DNA of 64,000 nt from the NCBI GenBank assembly GCA_963809485.1, contig CAWEJX010000017.1, positions 1-64,000 of the forward strand, in the 5' to 3' direction. The translations under genes were made by a program, and so were the position numbers. The notes under the pieces were generated by a model that was not told where the DNA came from, ran no database searches, and saw only the letters and a list, made by a program, of their open reading frames with translations. Shown in pieces: positions 1 to 9,625 of this stretch (position 1 is the stretch's first letter; the number at the start of each line of letters is the position of its first letter). This stretch comes from an uncultured Acidobacteriota bacterium. Its GTDB lineage: Bacteria > Acidobacteriota > UBA6911.

Positions 1-447
1 AGGATCGACAATGCCGACTGGCCTGATTTGTCCCGTGCCGCAGGGCGACGTGCCCGATTTCATGGCCGATGACGCCGGCCAGTTCAGCTTCATTGTCCGC
101 AGCCTCGATGGTCCCGCGGTTGATATAGAGGAAACCTCCGGGCAGGGCGAATGCATTGATGCTGGAATCGTTGACGCATTTGAACTGATAAGGAAATTTT
201 TCGCCCGGCGCTTTGGCAGCCAGCTTTTTCCCCAGCCTGTTCAGATAATCGTCCACCTGCCGGTTGTTGAGCATGGGCAGCTGATTTTCCGCATCCTGGG
301 CGACCTTCTGTCCCAGTTCGACGTCTTGCTGGGGCGAAAAGAAATTCATGCCCGGTTTCAGCGGAGTACGCTGGGAAAAAATCATTGGCGCCGATGCGAA
401 GATCAGCGCGAAGACCAGCGCAATCCTGCCAAAACTAATCCGACCTG
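1..447 (-). pseudogene. Truncated, internally deleted duplicate of the M48 peptidase gene at 28845-30233
   Basis: 18-447 aligns to 29782-30211 with about 6 substitutions; 4-23 matches 29011-29030. The two segments join at CTGGCC, a 757-bp out-of-frame deletion. The start codon region is missing. Confidence 0.9.
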
Positions 448-990
448 ACCTTCTGTGAAATCGAATGCAGGAAACAGGTGGTTATGGCGCTGAAATTCAT
501 CAACAAGTACATGCCCGGATTTGAAAAAGCCTATCTTACAAGGATCTGCAGCGAACTGAGAATTCGCGAAAGCCGAAGAATCATCGGGGACTATATTCTC
601 TGTAAGGAGGACGTTGCTGAAGCCAGGAAATTCAAGGACGTTATCGGCAAGAGCTCTTTTTCGTCCGGCGCCAAACACGTGGCGACAAAAGATACGATTT
701 CCTATGAAGGCATTGTGTACCCTAAAGACGGGGGCTCTTACGATATCCCTTACCGTTGCCTAGTGCCGAAGGCCATGGAAAACCTTCTGGTGGGGGGCAA
801 AGCGATTTCAACCGACAGGGATTCCTACGCCAGGTTCCTGCAGGAAACCATGGTGACCGGGCAGGCAGCCGGAGTGGCGGCGGCGGTGTGCGCCCGAAGA
901 GGCATCACTCCCCGCAAACTCGAGGAGGACGCAACCGTACTGCAGGACATACTCCTCAAGCAGGGAGCCATCCTGTTCGGGACTCACTGA
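442..990 (+). pseudogene. C-terminal fragment of an FAD-dependent oxidoreductase
   Basis: Motifs IRESRRIIGDY, YDIPYRCLVP, NLLVGGKAIS and GQAAGVAAA. The N-terminal GxGxxG domain is absent and the frame begins at the junction with the M48 copy. Confidence 0.8.
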
Positions 991-1086
991 TGAGAAAAAG
1001 GCAATTGCACCGCCGATTTTGGGGTGCCCAAAATGCGGGGACCGCTTGGGCGGGTTGCCTTGAAATTGAGGGGGGGGGGATTGAAC

Positions 1087-1350
1087 ATGGACTATCGGCC
1101 CTGGACCTGGAAAGTGCCGGAAGGCTATGAGGAAACAAAATCAAAAATATCCCGTCAGGATGCGCATGAAAGGACAAGCGGAAAGGCCGTTTACACCCGG
1201 GACATTTATCTTCCCGGCATGTTGTATGCCAAAATATTCACCTCCCCTTACGCTCATGCCAGGATAAAAAGCATCGATACAAGCCGGGCCGAAGCCCTCC
1301 CGGGAGTCAGGGACATACTTAAATACGATGATCCCGACATACGGTATGAC
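1087..1350 (+). pseudogene. N-terminal fragment of a xanthine dehydrogenase/aldehyde oxidoreductase molybdopterin subunit
   Basis: RQDAHERTSGKAVYTRDIYLPGMLYAKIFTSPYAHARIKSIDTSRAEALPGV is the a/b hammerhead start; similarity stops after about 88 aa. Confidence 0.85.
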
Positions 1351-1519
1351 AGCGCAACTCGGCATGAGCGCGGGCGCCATTGCGATAGCCGCTGCCAGCA
1401 ACAACCTTGCTAAAGGGATCTACGCGTATGCCTTCGGCAGTCGCATGGCCGGTCGCCAGAGCTTTCTGCTGCTTATTGCACTCGCACTTCTCGGATTACT
1501 CCCGATATTCTGGCTGTAG
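1343..1519 (+). pseudogene. C-terminal fragment of an MgtC/SapB-DUF4010-like membrane protein
   Basis: AIAIAAASNNLAKGIYAYAFG followed by a final hydrophobic helix and a stop; no 5' portion. Confidence 0.6.
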
Positions 1520-1529
1520 CGCGACCGAC

Positions 1530-1673
1530 ATCGGCGTCACCATCCCCAAAATGCTGCGCCTGTGCTTCAGGTACGATCGCAAGCTGCTCGGCCTTTTGAG
1601 CCAGTATTTCTACGCCTCCGTCAAGGAACTCCTCCAGGATGGCGCCGGCGATCGCCGATCCCGAGCTCGGTGA
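1530..1673 (+). mobile_element. IS91-like transposase fragment
   Basis: VTIPKMLRLCFRYDRKLLGLLSQYFYASVKE resembles the FTIPKxLRxxFxxDRxLLG segment of IS91-family Y2 transposases; no element ends seen. Confidence 0.6.
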
Positions 1674-1887
1674 CGCAATCGATTTGGCGCCCAAAAGTCA
1701 GATTGAATTATTGACGAACACCCGGAAGCCCTTGATCATATTTGGAATCCTGATGATATCCGCATCCAAATGAAAAGTCGGGCCTCTCCCTTTGTTTGCC
1801 TGTTTGGCGCCGATTATGGCGGGGAGCGGTCTATCCATCATTTGTCTGTCAATTTTCTCTCTGCCGCGATGGAAGAATCCGCAGGAA

Positions 1888-1901
1888 TTGACCCAGGTCA
1901 A
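1888..1901. promoter_or_regulatory. Crp/Fnr-type palindrome TTGAC-N4-GTCAA upstream of acs
   Basis: TTGACCCAGGTCAA has perfect 5-bp arms and a 4-bp spacer, the geometry of the Fnr box TTGAT-N4-ATCAA. Confidence 0.4.
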
Positions 1902-1910
1902 GAAATGTGG

Positions 1911-1925
1911 TACCACAATGTGGTA
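1911..1925. promoter_or_regulatory. Putative operator TACCAC-N3-GTGGTA upstream of acs
   Basis: TACCACAATGTGGTA, perfect arms; identical arms recur at 4561-4575. Confidence 0.6.
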
Positions 1926-2118
1926 TTTAAGAGACCATAGCGCCGGGCTACCTATGATGATGTCACATGGATTGTTAACGCTGACGCTGGTTGGATCCTC
2001 CAAATCTGACAACGATCGTGTTTTCAAAATCAGGCCATAAGCCGGGTACAAAGCTGATCGCGTAGTTGAATGGCGCCCCATTTTGTTTCTGTTAGCAACT
2101 GGATTGGAGGAGATGATT

Positions 2119-4023
2119 ATGCCGGATAAGGTGGTGGAAACCTCGCGAGAGGAAGTGTATTACCCTTCGGCCGAAGTCGTGGCCCGCGCCTATATCAAAG
2201 ACTGGGATGAACTGGCGCATAGGGCTGATGAGGATTTTGTCGGTTTTTGGGAGGAGTGCGCCAGAGAATTGATTGATTGGCATCATCCTTGGACCAAAGT
2301 TCTGGATGATTCCACCAAACCCTTTTTCAAATGGTTCATTGACGCCAAGACCAACATTGTCCATAACGCCGTCGATCGCCATTTGAAGACGGCGAGCAGG
2401 AATAAACTTGCCCTGATCTGGGAAGGGGAAAGGGGTGAGCAGCGAACTTTTTCCTATTTTGCGCTTAACCGCGAAGTCAGCAAATTTGCCAGTGTGCTCA
2501 AGGCTCTGGGGGTGCGTAAGGGCGACCGGGTAACCCTATATATGGGTCGTGTGCCGGAATTGCCGATTGCCATGCTCGCATGTGCAAAAATCGGCGCGTT
2601 GCATTCTGTGGTATATGGCGGCTTTTCCACCGAAGCGCTTCACGGGCGCATCGAAGACTCGTTGTCTCGAGTGGTTATCACTTGCGACGGCGCATTCATC
2701 AACGGCAAAGTTGTTGAACTTAAAAAAATCGCCGATGAAGCGATCAAACGCGCGCCGATCGTGGAACATGTCGTTGTCTTTAAACGCACGGGACAGACTA
2801 TTGAAATGGAGGAGGGCCGCGACATGTGGTGGCACGAACTGATGGCCCTCCCCATTGCAGACTGGCGATGTCCTACAGAGGTACTCGATTCGGAAGATCC
2901 TTTGTTCTTGCTTTATACATCTGGCACCACAGGGAAACCCAAGGCCATCGTGCACACTCACGGTGGCTATCAGGTAGGCATTGCAGCCACAATGAAATAC
3001 GTCTTCGATCTGAAGGATGAGGATCGATGGTGGTGTGCTGCGGATCCAGGATGGATTACGGGGCATTCGTATATGGTATATGGACCCCTCATCCTTGGTG
3101 CGACGGGCATCCTTTATGAAGGAGCGCCAACCTTTCCATATCCGGACCGTTGGTGGTCAATGGTGGAAAAATACGGTGTAAATGTTTTCTACACCTCTCC
3201 AACGGCCATTCGCGGCCTGATGCGCTTTGGTGAAGCATGGCCTAACCGGCGGGATTTATCATCGCTTCGTTTGCTCGGATCGGTCGGAGAGCCTATCAAC
3301 CCGGAAGCTTGGCGTTGGTATCACAAAAACATAGGGAAAGAGCGTTGCCCGATCATGGACACATGGTGGCAAACGGAGACGGGGCAATTCATGATCACTC
3401 CTGTGCCATGTGCACCGCTAAAGCCCGGCTCCGGCACGCGTCCATTTTTTGGTCAGCAAGCCGATATTCTGGATGAAAACGGGAATCCTGTAAAAGAGGG
3501 AGAGGAAGGCTATCTGGTTCTGAAACGTCCCTGGCCCGCGATGTTACGCACTATTTATGGGGATCCCGATAGGTATGTGCAGCAATACTGGAATCGTTTC
3601 CCGGGAGTGTATTTCACCGGTGATTCTGCGCGGCGTGACAAGGACGGCTACTATTGGATTATCGGCCGCGTCGACGAAGTGATCAAGGTATCCGGCTATC
3701 GGCTGGGCACGGCGGAAATCGAGTCGGCTCTTACGTCTCATCCGGCAGTAGCAGAAGCGGCAGCAATTGGCTTACCCCACGAGGTGAAAGGCCAGGGAAT
3801 TCACGCCTTTGTTCTGCTGCGGCAAGGTTTCTCGCCTTCAAAGGATCTGGAAGAAGAACTGCGCCAGCATGTCGGTTCCGAGATGGGGCCCATCGCTAAA
3901 CCGGAGAATATACACTTCCTGGAAAAGCTGCCCAAAACCCGCTCAGGCAAAATCCTGAGGCGCGTTCTAAAGGCTCGCATGCTGGGATTGAGTGAAGGAG
4001 ACACTTCTACACTGGAAGAATAG
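2119..4023 (+). CDS. acs: Acetate--CoA ligase (acetyl-CoA synthetase)
   Basis: YTSGTTGKPK, GSVGEPINPEAW, DTWWQTETG and PKTRSGKILRR motifs; GGAGG RBS at 2106-2110. Confidence 0.96.
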   Translation: MPDKVVETSREEVYYPSAEVVARAYIKDWDELAHRADEDFVGFWEECARELIDWHHPWTKVLDDSTKPFFKWFIDAKTNIVHNAVDRHLKTASRNKLALIWEGERGEQRTFSYFALNREVSKFASVLKALGVRKGDRVTLYMGRVPELPIAMLACAKIGALHSVVYGGFSTEALHGRIEDSLSRVVITCDGAFINGKVVELKKIADEAIKRAPIVEHVVVFKRTGQTIEMEEGRDMWWHELMALPIADWRCPTEVLDSEDPLFLLYTSGTTGKPKAIVHTHGGYQVGIAATMKYVFDLKDEDRWWCAADPGWITGHSYMVYGPLILGATGILYEGAPTFPYPDRWWSMVEKYGVNVFYTSPTAIRGLMRFGEAWPNRRDLSSLRLLGSVGEPINPEAWRWYHKNIGKERCPIMDTWWQTETGQFMITPVPCAPLKPGSGTRPFFGQQADILDENGNPVKEGEEGYLVLKRPWPAMLRTIYGDPDRYVQQYWNRFPGVYFTGDSARRDKDGYYWIIGRVDEVIKVSGYRLGTAEIESALTSHPAVAEAAAIGLPHEVKGQGIHAFVLLRQGFSPSKDLEEELRQHVGSEMGPIAKPENIHFLEKLPKTRSGKILRRVLKARMLGLSEGDTSTLEE

Positions 4024-4560
4024 GTTCATGGAGGGTCGGCTTCCGGATCCCTACAGGATGGTACAGCTTATCTGATTGGGGAATCTATACCTCGAAAATT
4101 GGGTCAGGAATATTGGTACTCCAATTCCCGTGCCAATTTGTATAACCGACAATCCGAAGAAGACCACTGCTGATCCCGCGGACAGCCTCTCCGGCAAAGA
4201 GGAGATTGCCAACTTCGACAAACCTCGTTCATTCCCTGGATCCCATTCGCGGCGTCGCTTGCCTGATTGACTGGAAGGTGCAGAAGTATGTTTCGCGGGG
4301 CGTTTCGTTTCTGAGGGCTAACGGGAGAAGATGGGTTTACCGGACGGATACGTCCTTTACGAATCAGCATCTCGAAAGGTTTATATGACAGCCCTCACGA
4401 TCCGGGGTTTGATCGCCGATAAACATAACCATACAAATGGATTATGGTATCGCTGTTGTATCGGGTCTCCATTCTTTCCACTTACATCCTCTTCTGTAAT
4501 TCCCCGGTTTCTACGGATAAATTTTTCTTCCACTTCGAATGAAGATATTATAGGATATGA

Positions 4561-4575
4561 TACCACGTAGTGGTA
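4561..4575. promoter_or_regulatory. Putative operator TACCAC-N3-GTGGTA upstream of the cytochrome operon
   Basis: TACCACGTAGTGGTA, 57 bp upstream of the ATG at 4633, in an AT-rich intergenic stretch. Confidence 0.6.
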
Positions 4576-4632
4576 CTGGGAATGGATATTTCAGATATGT
4601 ACTCTGAATCACAGATTGGTGATTCTTTTAGG

Positions 4633-6073
4633 ATGGTTTTTACCTTTTTGCGGCTCACCGTGATCCGCAATGTATCGATTGCCGTTTTGCTTGCCGCTTG
4701 CGGTACTGCGCTCCTTTTTGCCGCCAAGCATCCCATTCCTCTCGATAAAGATACTGACAGTGCAAAGTGCCTCAATTGCCACCAGGGCAAGTTCAAAGCA
4801 AAATCTGTCCATACGGCGGTCTCGAAGGGCTGTCTTTCCTGCCATGAAGTGCGTGTCGCCAATGACATTACCCGTATAAAGCTGACCACAACCACGGTCC
4901 TATCCCTGTGCTTGCAGTGCCATGCCGACAAGAAACCCGTCCCGGGAGAGAAGCTGCTGCATCCTCCGGCCGCACAGGATTGCACCAAGTGCCATGATCC
5001 CCATGTTTCCTCGAACAAGGACCATCTGCGAAAATCCCTCTCAGGCGGCCGCAGGACCGAGAACCTTTGTCTTAACTGTCACAATATGGGGTTGAACGTC
5101 CCGGCAAATGGGAGCCGGCATGATCCTCTCGATGTGGGGTGCGACACCTGTCACGTAATTCACAAGGCAGGTGCGCCGGGAAATGCGGAATTCAATCTTC
5201 ATCTGGCCGCAGACCCGCGCGCTCTGTGCGCAACGTGCCATGATTTGGAAGACGAGTTGCTCGTCAAAGCCCACCAAGGGCAGCCGTTCGGCAGTGCAGA
5301 TTGTTTGACCTGTCATGCTACCCACCAGTCTGACCGGCCGAAACTGGCCCAGCAGTTCGTGCATCGTCCCTATGCGGAAAAATTGTGCGATGCCTGTCAC
5401 CAGGCGCCGCAGGACGGCAAGGTGGTTCTTACGAAAACCGACTCCAACGAGCTTTGCGTCTCATGCCACGAAGAAACTGCCGGGAAGATCAAAAGCGCGA
5501 TAGTTCAGCATAAGGGAGCTCAGGCGCCGTGTCTCAGTTGCCATGCCCCCCACGCGTCGAGAAACCCCGGATTTGTGCGTCCCGATCCGGTGAACGCCTG
5601 CCTTCGCTGCCATAGCGACCAAGCGAAGCAGACAGAAAAAGAAATATTTGCACCAACCGGCCTTCGGGCAGGGCTGCAGCACCTGTCACGAGCCGCACGG
5701 CGGCGAAAACAGCCCTTTACTTCGCGCAAAAACCGCCAACAGCCTTTGTCTCGAGTGCCACGGGACTGAGCCCAAGCCTATGCCAGCAAAGGAGGCGAAC
5801 ATGGTCACGATCTTCAATGGCCGTGTGAAACTGCCGGAAGGGTACTTCAGCACAGTATCGACGATCCCCATCAAGTACGGCTTGGGCCATCCAGTCGAGC
5901 GGCATCCAGTCGTTGATCAGATGGATCCGGGGGACAATGCCAAGGTTCGCGTCGCTATCAACTGTAGTTCCTGCCACCAGCCCCATTCGTCGGAAGAACG
6001 TAATCTGCTGGTGAAGGATCAGGCCAATAACATCCAGTTCTGTGCTGGCTGCCACATAAATTGGGGCAAGTAG
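4633..6073 (+). CDS. Periplasmic multiheme cytochrome c, 16 CxxCH, one frameshift
   Basis: Signal peptide; 12 CxxCH in ORF 4570-5769 and 4 in ORF 5648-6073. Removing one A from the run at 5636-5640 joins them (..EKKYLHQPAFGQGCSTCH..). Confidence 0.88.
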
Positions 6074-6093
6074 GAAGCGGGAGGACCGACAGG

Positions 6094-7368
6094 ATGTCAG
6101 CAGTTCGGAACAACCGGGCTATTCGCCGGATCAGCCGCAAGACACTGTCAACTATGTTGGTGATTACCTTGGCCCTCATTGCAGCCTGCTCCTTATTCGC
6201 AAAGGACAAAAAGAAAAACAAGAACGATCAAGAAGAACAACCGAATCCCACCTATGCGGATAACCGCAAGCTTTGGGAGAGTCTCGACGTTTCGAAGTTC
6301 GTGTGGCCAAACCCGCCGGCGATCACCCGAATCCGCTATACGGGCTATTGGTCGGGAGAAAAACTCGTCGAGAAAAAACAGCAGAAGAAGTCCAGCTGGA
6401 TGGAACGCCTCTCCGGCATCGCTACCGGGTCCATCCCCAGCGATTACAAGCCGCGCTGGCAGTTGGTTACTCCCAATGGGATCGCGGTTGACTCCAAAAA
6501 CCTTGTCTACATCGCCGACAGCAAGGTCCGGGCGATCTTTATTGTCAACGTCGAGACCGGTGAATATTCAATGATCAAGAACGGCTCCGACGGCAGGTTC
6601 AAGTGGCTTGTGGGATTGGCGATCGATGACAGCGACCGGCTGTTCGCTGCCGACAGCGGCATGCGACATGTCGTCGTATTCGATAAGAATCACAAGGCTG
6701 AAGCAGCGATTGCCGAAGGCCTCCATGCTCCCGGCGGCCTCGCCATCGACAACGATAGCCGCTTGCTCTACGTCACCGATGCGGATCAGGACCTGGTGCT
6801 TGTTTACGATGCCGATCCGCCGTACAAGCTTGTCCGGAAGTTGGGCAAGCCGGACACCGAGCACACTTCGACTGCGCCCGGAGAGTTTGCAAAGCCGGCC
6901 GGTGTGGCCGTGAACGAGGAAGGCATGGTTTTCGTCTCCGATACCTGGAACAACCGCATCCAGGTATTTGATGCCGATGGTACGTTTATCAGGGCGTTCG
7001 GCGAGGCCGGAGACGGCCCGGGATATTTCGCGCGTCCGAAAGGCATTTCAATCGACAGTGATGGCCACGTCTGGGTCGCCGACGGTGTGCAGGACCGGGT
7101 CCAGGTGTTTACTCCCGAGGGCAGACTGCTGATTTACATGGGAGAACACGGCTTGCTGCCGGGTCAATTTCAAAGCCTCGCAAATGTGATGGTCGACAAA
7201 AACAACCGAGTCCTTACCACGGAGCTGTATCCGGGCCGGTTGCAAGTGTTTCGGTATTACACGAATTCTGAGGCAAAGGCTGAGTTAGATCGCCGCAATG
7301 CAGAGGGCAAGAAGAAAGCATCTCAAAAGGAACCCACGTCCTCGTCTGCGCCTGCGGTCAAGAACTAG
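6094..7368 (+). CDS. Secreted NHL-repeat six-bladed beta-propeller
   Basis: Signal peptide, WPNPPAITRIRY motif, repeated PxGIAVD..YIAD and NNRIQVFD units; GGAGG RBS at 6080-6084. Confidence 0.9.
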   Translation: MSAVRNNRAIRRISRKTLSTMLVITLALIAACSLFAKDKKKNKNDQEEQPNPTYADNRKLWESLDVSKFVWPNPPAITRIRYTGYWSGEKLVEKKQQKKSSWMERLSGIATGSIPSDYKPRWQLVTPNGIAVDSKNLVYIADSKVRAIFIVNVETGEYSMIKNGSDGRFKWLVGLAIDDSDRLFAADSGMRHVVVFDKNHKAEAAIAEGLHAPGGLAIDNDSRLLYVTDADQDLVLVYDADPPYKLVRKLGKPDTEHTSTAPGEFAKPAGVAVNEEGMVFVSDTWNNRIQVFDADGTFIRAFGEAGDGPGYFARPKGISIDSDGHVWVADGVQDRVQVFTPEGRLLIYMGEHGLLPGQFQSLANVMVDKNNRVLTTELYPGRLQVFRYYTNSEAKAELDRRNAEGKKKASQKEPTSSSAPAVKN

Positions 7369-7502
7369 CCGTGCCACAACGAGTCTGGCTGTCATTTCAA
7401 TTGCGGCAGCCAAAAACGGGCCAACCGTAATCCGGCCCGTGGAGTGGAAGTGCAAAGCCAAAGCATAACTAAGTTGGATCCTTTATCAGGAGGTTTCAGT
7501 CG

Positions 7503-8531
7503 ATGAAGAAGTTATTGATGTTTTCTCTCGCCGTGCTGGTTTGTGCCAGTGTGGCAATGGCACAAACGTATACACAAGGAACCGGCATCCAGGGCATCGA
7601 CAAATTGGGCGCTCACCAGAACGGCGGGCGTGGTTGCGTCGGTTGCCATACCCCTCACAGCGGAGCCCGCGGCAATGGCGGCACGCTGCAGTGGGATCCA
7701 GCCAGTCGGACGTTTATAACCGTGCCCGTTGTTGGTGAATCTGGCGATGATGCCCTATGGGGACAGGACCTCGGGCCGGTGATTGGTTTGGGCGGCCTTG
7801 CCACCGGCACAGGCGGCGAATTTCCTGTTGAATTCACCGAGCTGGAAACCAGGCCCCGCATTAAGACCGGTGTCGTCATGTGCTTGAGCTGTCATGACGG
7901 GAATGTGGCCCGGGGCGCAATGATGACCAACCAGTCGTTCGAGCAAACTGCCGGGCTTCTGCCGCCCGGCTATGGCACGCAACCAATTCCCACCCTGTTA
8001 GGCAACGATGGGGGCAGTATAGGCAACTACACAAACGATCATCCGATTGGGCCGGAGGCTAATGTAGGCACGCTCGGTATAAGCACCAGCTCAACCCGGA
8101 GTTATCTGGCCTTCGACAATGCGGCAGCCCCATTAAGACTGGTCAAGGGTACTACCTTCACCGGTAGCCCCTACGAAGAGTTCCAAAAAAATTATGGCTT
8201 GCCGACGACCATTGGCGCCCGCACAGGTTCTGGTTTCGCGGTGGAAACAAATATGACTTCGGTGAACCAGGCGTACGTGGTTTGCACCACCTGTCATACA
8301 CCGCACACCATGTACACTGCCACGGCAGGGAGTACTAATCCGATTGCCAATGCCACTGCTGGCACGTACCCAAGCTACTTCTTCATCTCCGCTCCCTACA
8401 ACCCGGGGGCAGACACTGCCGGCGGAACCAAAGCATCCTCCGCAACTCAATTCTGCCGTCAGTGCCACTTCACAGGTGCGGGCGGTTCGAACGAAGGCAG
8501 CAGTATCCTGGGAATTGGCACTTCTTTCTAA
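7503..8531 (+). CDS. OmcE-like tetraheme cytochrome c, candidate nanowire subunit
   Basis: Sec signal; CVGCHTPH..ALW..CLSCHDG..NDHPI..CTTCHTPH..CRQCH; exactly 8 His for 4 hemes; AGGAGG RBS at 7488-7493. Confidence 0.8.
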   Translation: MKKLLMFSLAVLVCASVAMAQTYTQGTGIQGIDKLGAHQNGGRGCVGCHTPHSGARGNGGTLQWDPASRTFITVPVVGESGDDALWGQDLGPVIGLGGLATGTGGEFPVEFTELETRPRIKTGVVMCLSCHDGNVARGAMMTNQSFEQTAGLLPPGYGTQPIPTLLGNDGGSIGNYTNDHPIGPEANVGTLGISTSSTRSYLAFDNAAAPLRLVKGTTFTGSPYEEFQKNYGLPTTIGARTGSGFAVETNMTSVNQAYVVCTTCHTPHTMYTATAGSTNPIANATAGTYPSYFFISAPYNPGADTAGGTKASSATQFCRQCHFTGAGGSNEGSSILGIGTSF

Positions 8532-8541
8532 CAAGCTTTTG

Positions 8542-8571
8542 CGAGGGGGGAGAGTATTTCTCCCCCCCTCG
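8542..8571 (+). terminator. GC-rich stem-loop after the tetraheme gene (mRNA stabiliser or leaky terminator)
   Basis: CGAGGGGGGAGA-gtatt-TCTCCCCCCCTCG forms a 12-bp stem with one bulge; no following U-tract. Confidence 0.65.
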
Positions 8572-8608
8572 ACAGACTCAGACAGTTTTCAGCAAGTTGA
8601 GAAGACCT

Positions 8609-9625
8609 ATGGAACTCCGGCTGTGCATGATGGCCGTAGTATTGTTTGGCGGGCCCCTGGTTTTCGGGCAGGGCCCCCTGGGGTCCTCGCACGCTTCGCC
8701 CGTTAAAAATGCGGCCCCGGGCAAGTTGGCTTCCACCACGACGCCCGCCGTGCGAGTCAACGGCGCCGTGCTGACAGAAGCCGATGTTATCCGCCAAATG
8801 AACGCGATGTTCCCATATGCCAGTCAACACGGCGGCTTTCCAAAGCCGTTGGAGGCCGACATCCGGAAGGGCGCCATAGAGATGATCGTTTTTGAAGAAC
8901 TGCTCTATCAGGAAGCCAGGCTCATCAAAATTCCCATAGCTCCCGAGCGGCTGAAAAAGGCTGAAGACGCATTCCGCAAGCAACTGGGCTCCAGCGCCTT
9001 CGATCAGTTCCTGCGCACCGAGTGCCAAGGCTCAAAGCAGGTGCTGCGCGAGAAGATCCGGCGTTCGTTGCTGATCGAGAAGATGCTCGAGACCGAGGTC
9101 GAACAGAAGTCAGTTATCAGCGTGATGGAAGCCAAGGCGTATTACGACAAAAACCCGAAGCAATTCGAGAACGCCGAGAGTTTAAGAATCCAGACGATCT
9201 CGATTATCCCGCCCCAAAACGGCGGAGCCGCTGTCAAGCAAGAAGCCCGCCGTCGGGCGGAGGAAACATCCAAGCTCGCCCGGGCCACAAAAAGCTATCA
9301 GGATTTTGGGCTGCTTGCGGAAAAAATATCCGAAGACGATTGGAAGATCAACATGGGCGACCGCAAATTTGTCGCGGTCTCGACACTCCCTCCTCAGGTT
9401 GTCAAAGCAGCAGCAGCAATGAAACCAGGCGAGGTTAGCGATCTTATCCAGTTGGGGGATGCCTATACCCTGTTCCGGCTGGTCGAACATAAACGTGCGA
9501 GCAAAACACCGTTTGACGCAGTGAGGGTCAAATTACAGTCCGATCTGCAAAAGCAAAAGCGGGTGGAGCTGCGCGCGGCGCTGAACCGGAGACTGCGCGA
9601 GAACGCGAAAATTGAAGTATTCTAA
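8609..9625 (+). CDS. SurA/PrsA-like foldase with PpiC (parvulin) prolyl isomerase domain
   Basis: Signal peptide, VRVNGAVLT, EELLYQEA, YYDKNPKQF, DFGLLAEKISED and MKPGEVSDLI. Confidence 0.88.
   Translation: MELRLCMMAVVLFGGPLVFGQGPLGSSHASPVKNAAPGKLASTTTPAVRVNGAVLTEADVIRQMNAMFPYASQHGGFPKPLEADIRKGAIEMIVFEELLYQEARLIKIPIAPERLKKAEDAFRKQLGSSAFDQFLRTECQGSKQVLREKIRRSLLIEKMLETEVEQKSVISVMEAKAYYDKNPKQFENAESLRIQTISIIPPQNGGAAVKQEARRRAEETSKLARATKSYQDFGLLAEKISEDDWKINMGDRKFVAVSTLPPQVVKAAAAMKPGEVSDLIQLGDAYTLFRLVEHKRASKTPFDAVRVKLQSDLQKQKRVELRAALNRRLRENAKIEVF

Noticed and set aside
11-448. 145-aa plus-strand ORF
   Set aside because: Antisense to the duplicated M48 fragment; the same peptide appears within the 29523-31334 shadow ORF.
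4076-4570. Short ORFs between acs and the cytochrome operon
   Set aside because: No recognisable motifs, overlapping frames and weak starts; possibly decayed coding sequence but unassignable.
5630-5650. Programmed frameshift or phase variation in the 16-heme gene
   Set aside because: The run is short (A5) and similar indels hit polA, so sequencing error is simpler.
7400-7500. GEMM-I cyclic-dinucleotide riboswitch upstream of the tetraheme (GCAAAGCC seen)
   Set aside because: The GGCAAAC..GAAA first stem and the second stem are not recognisable; a covariance-model search would be needed.
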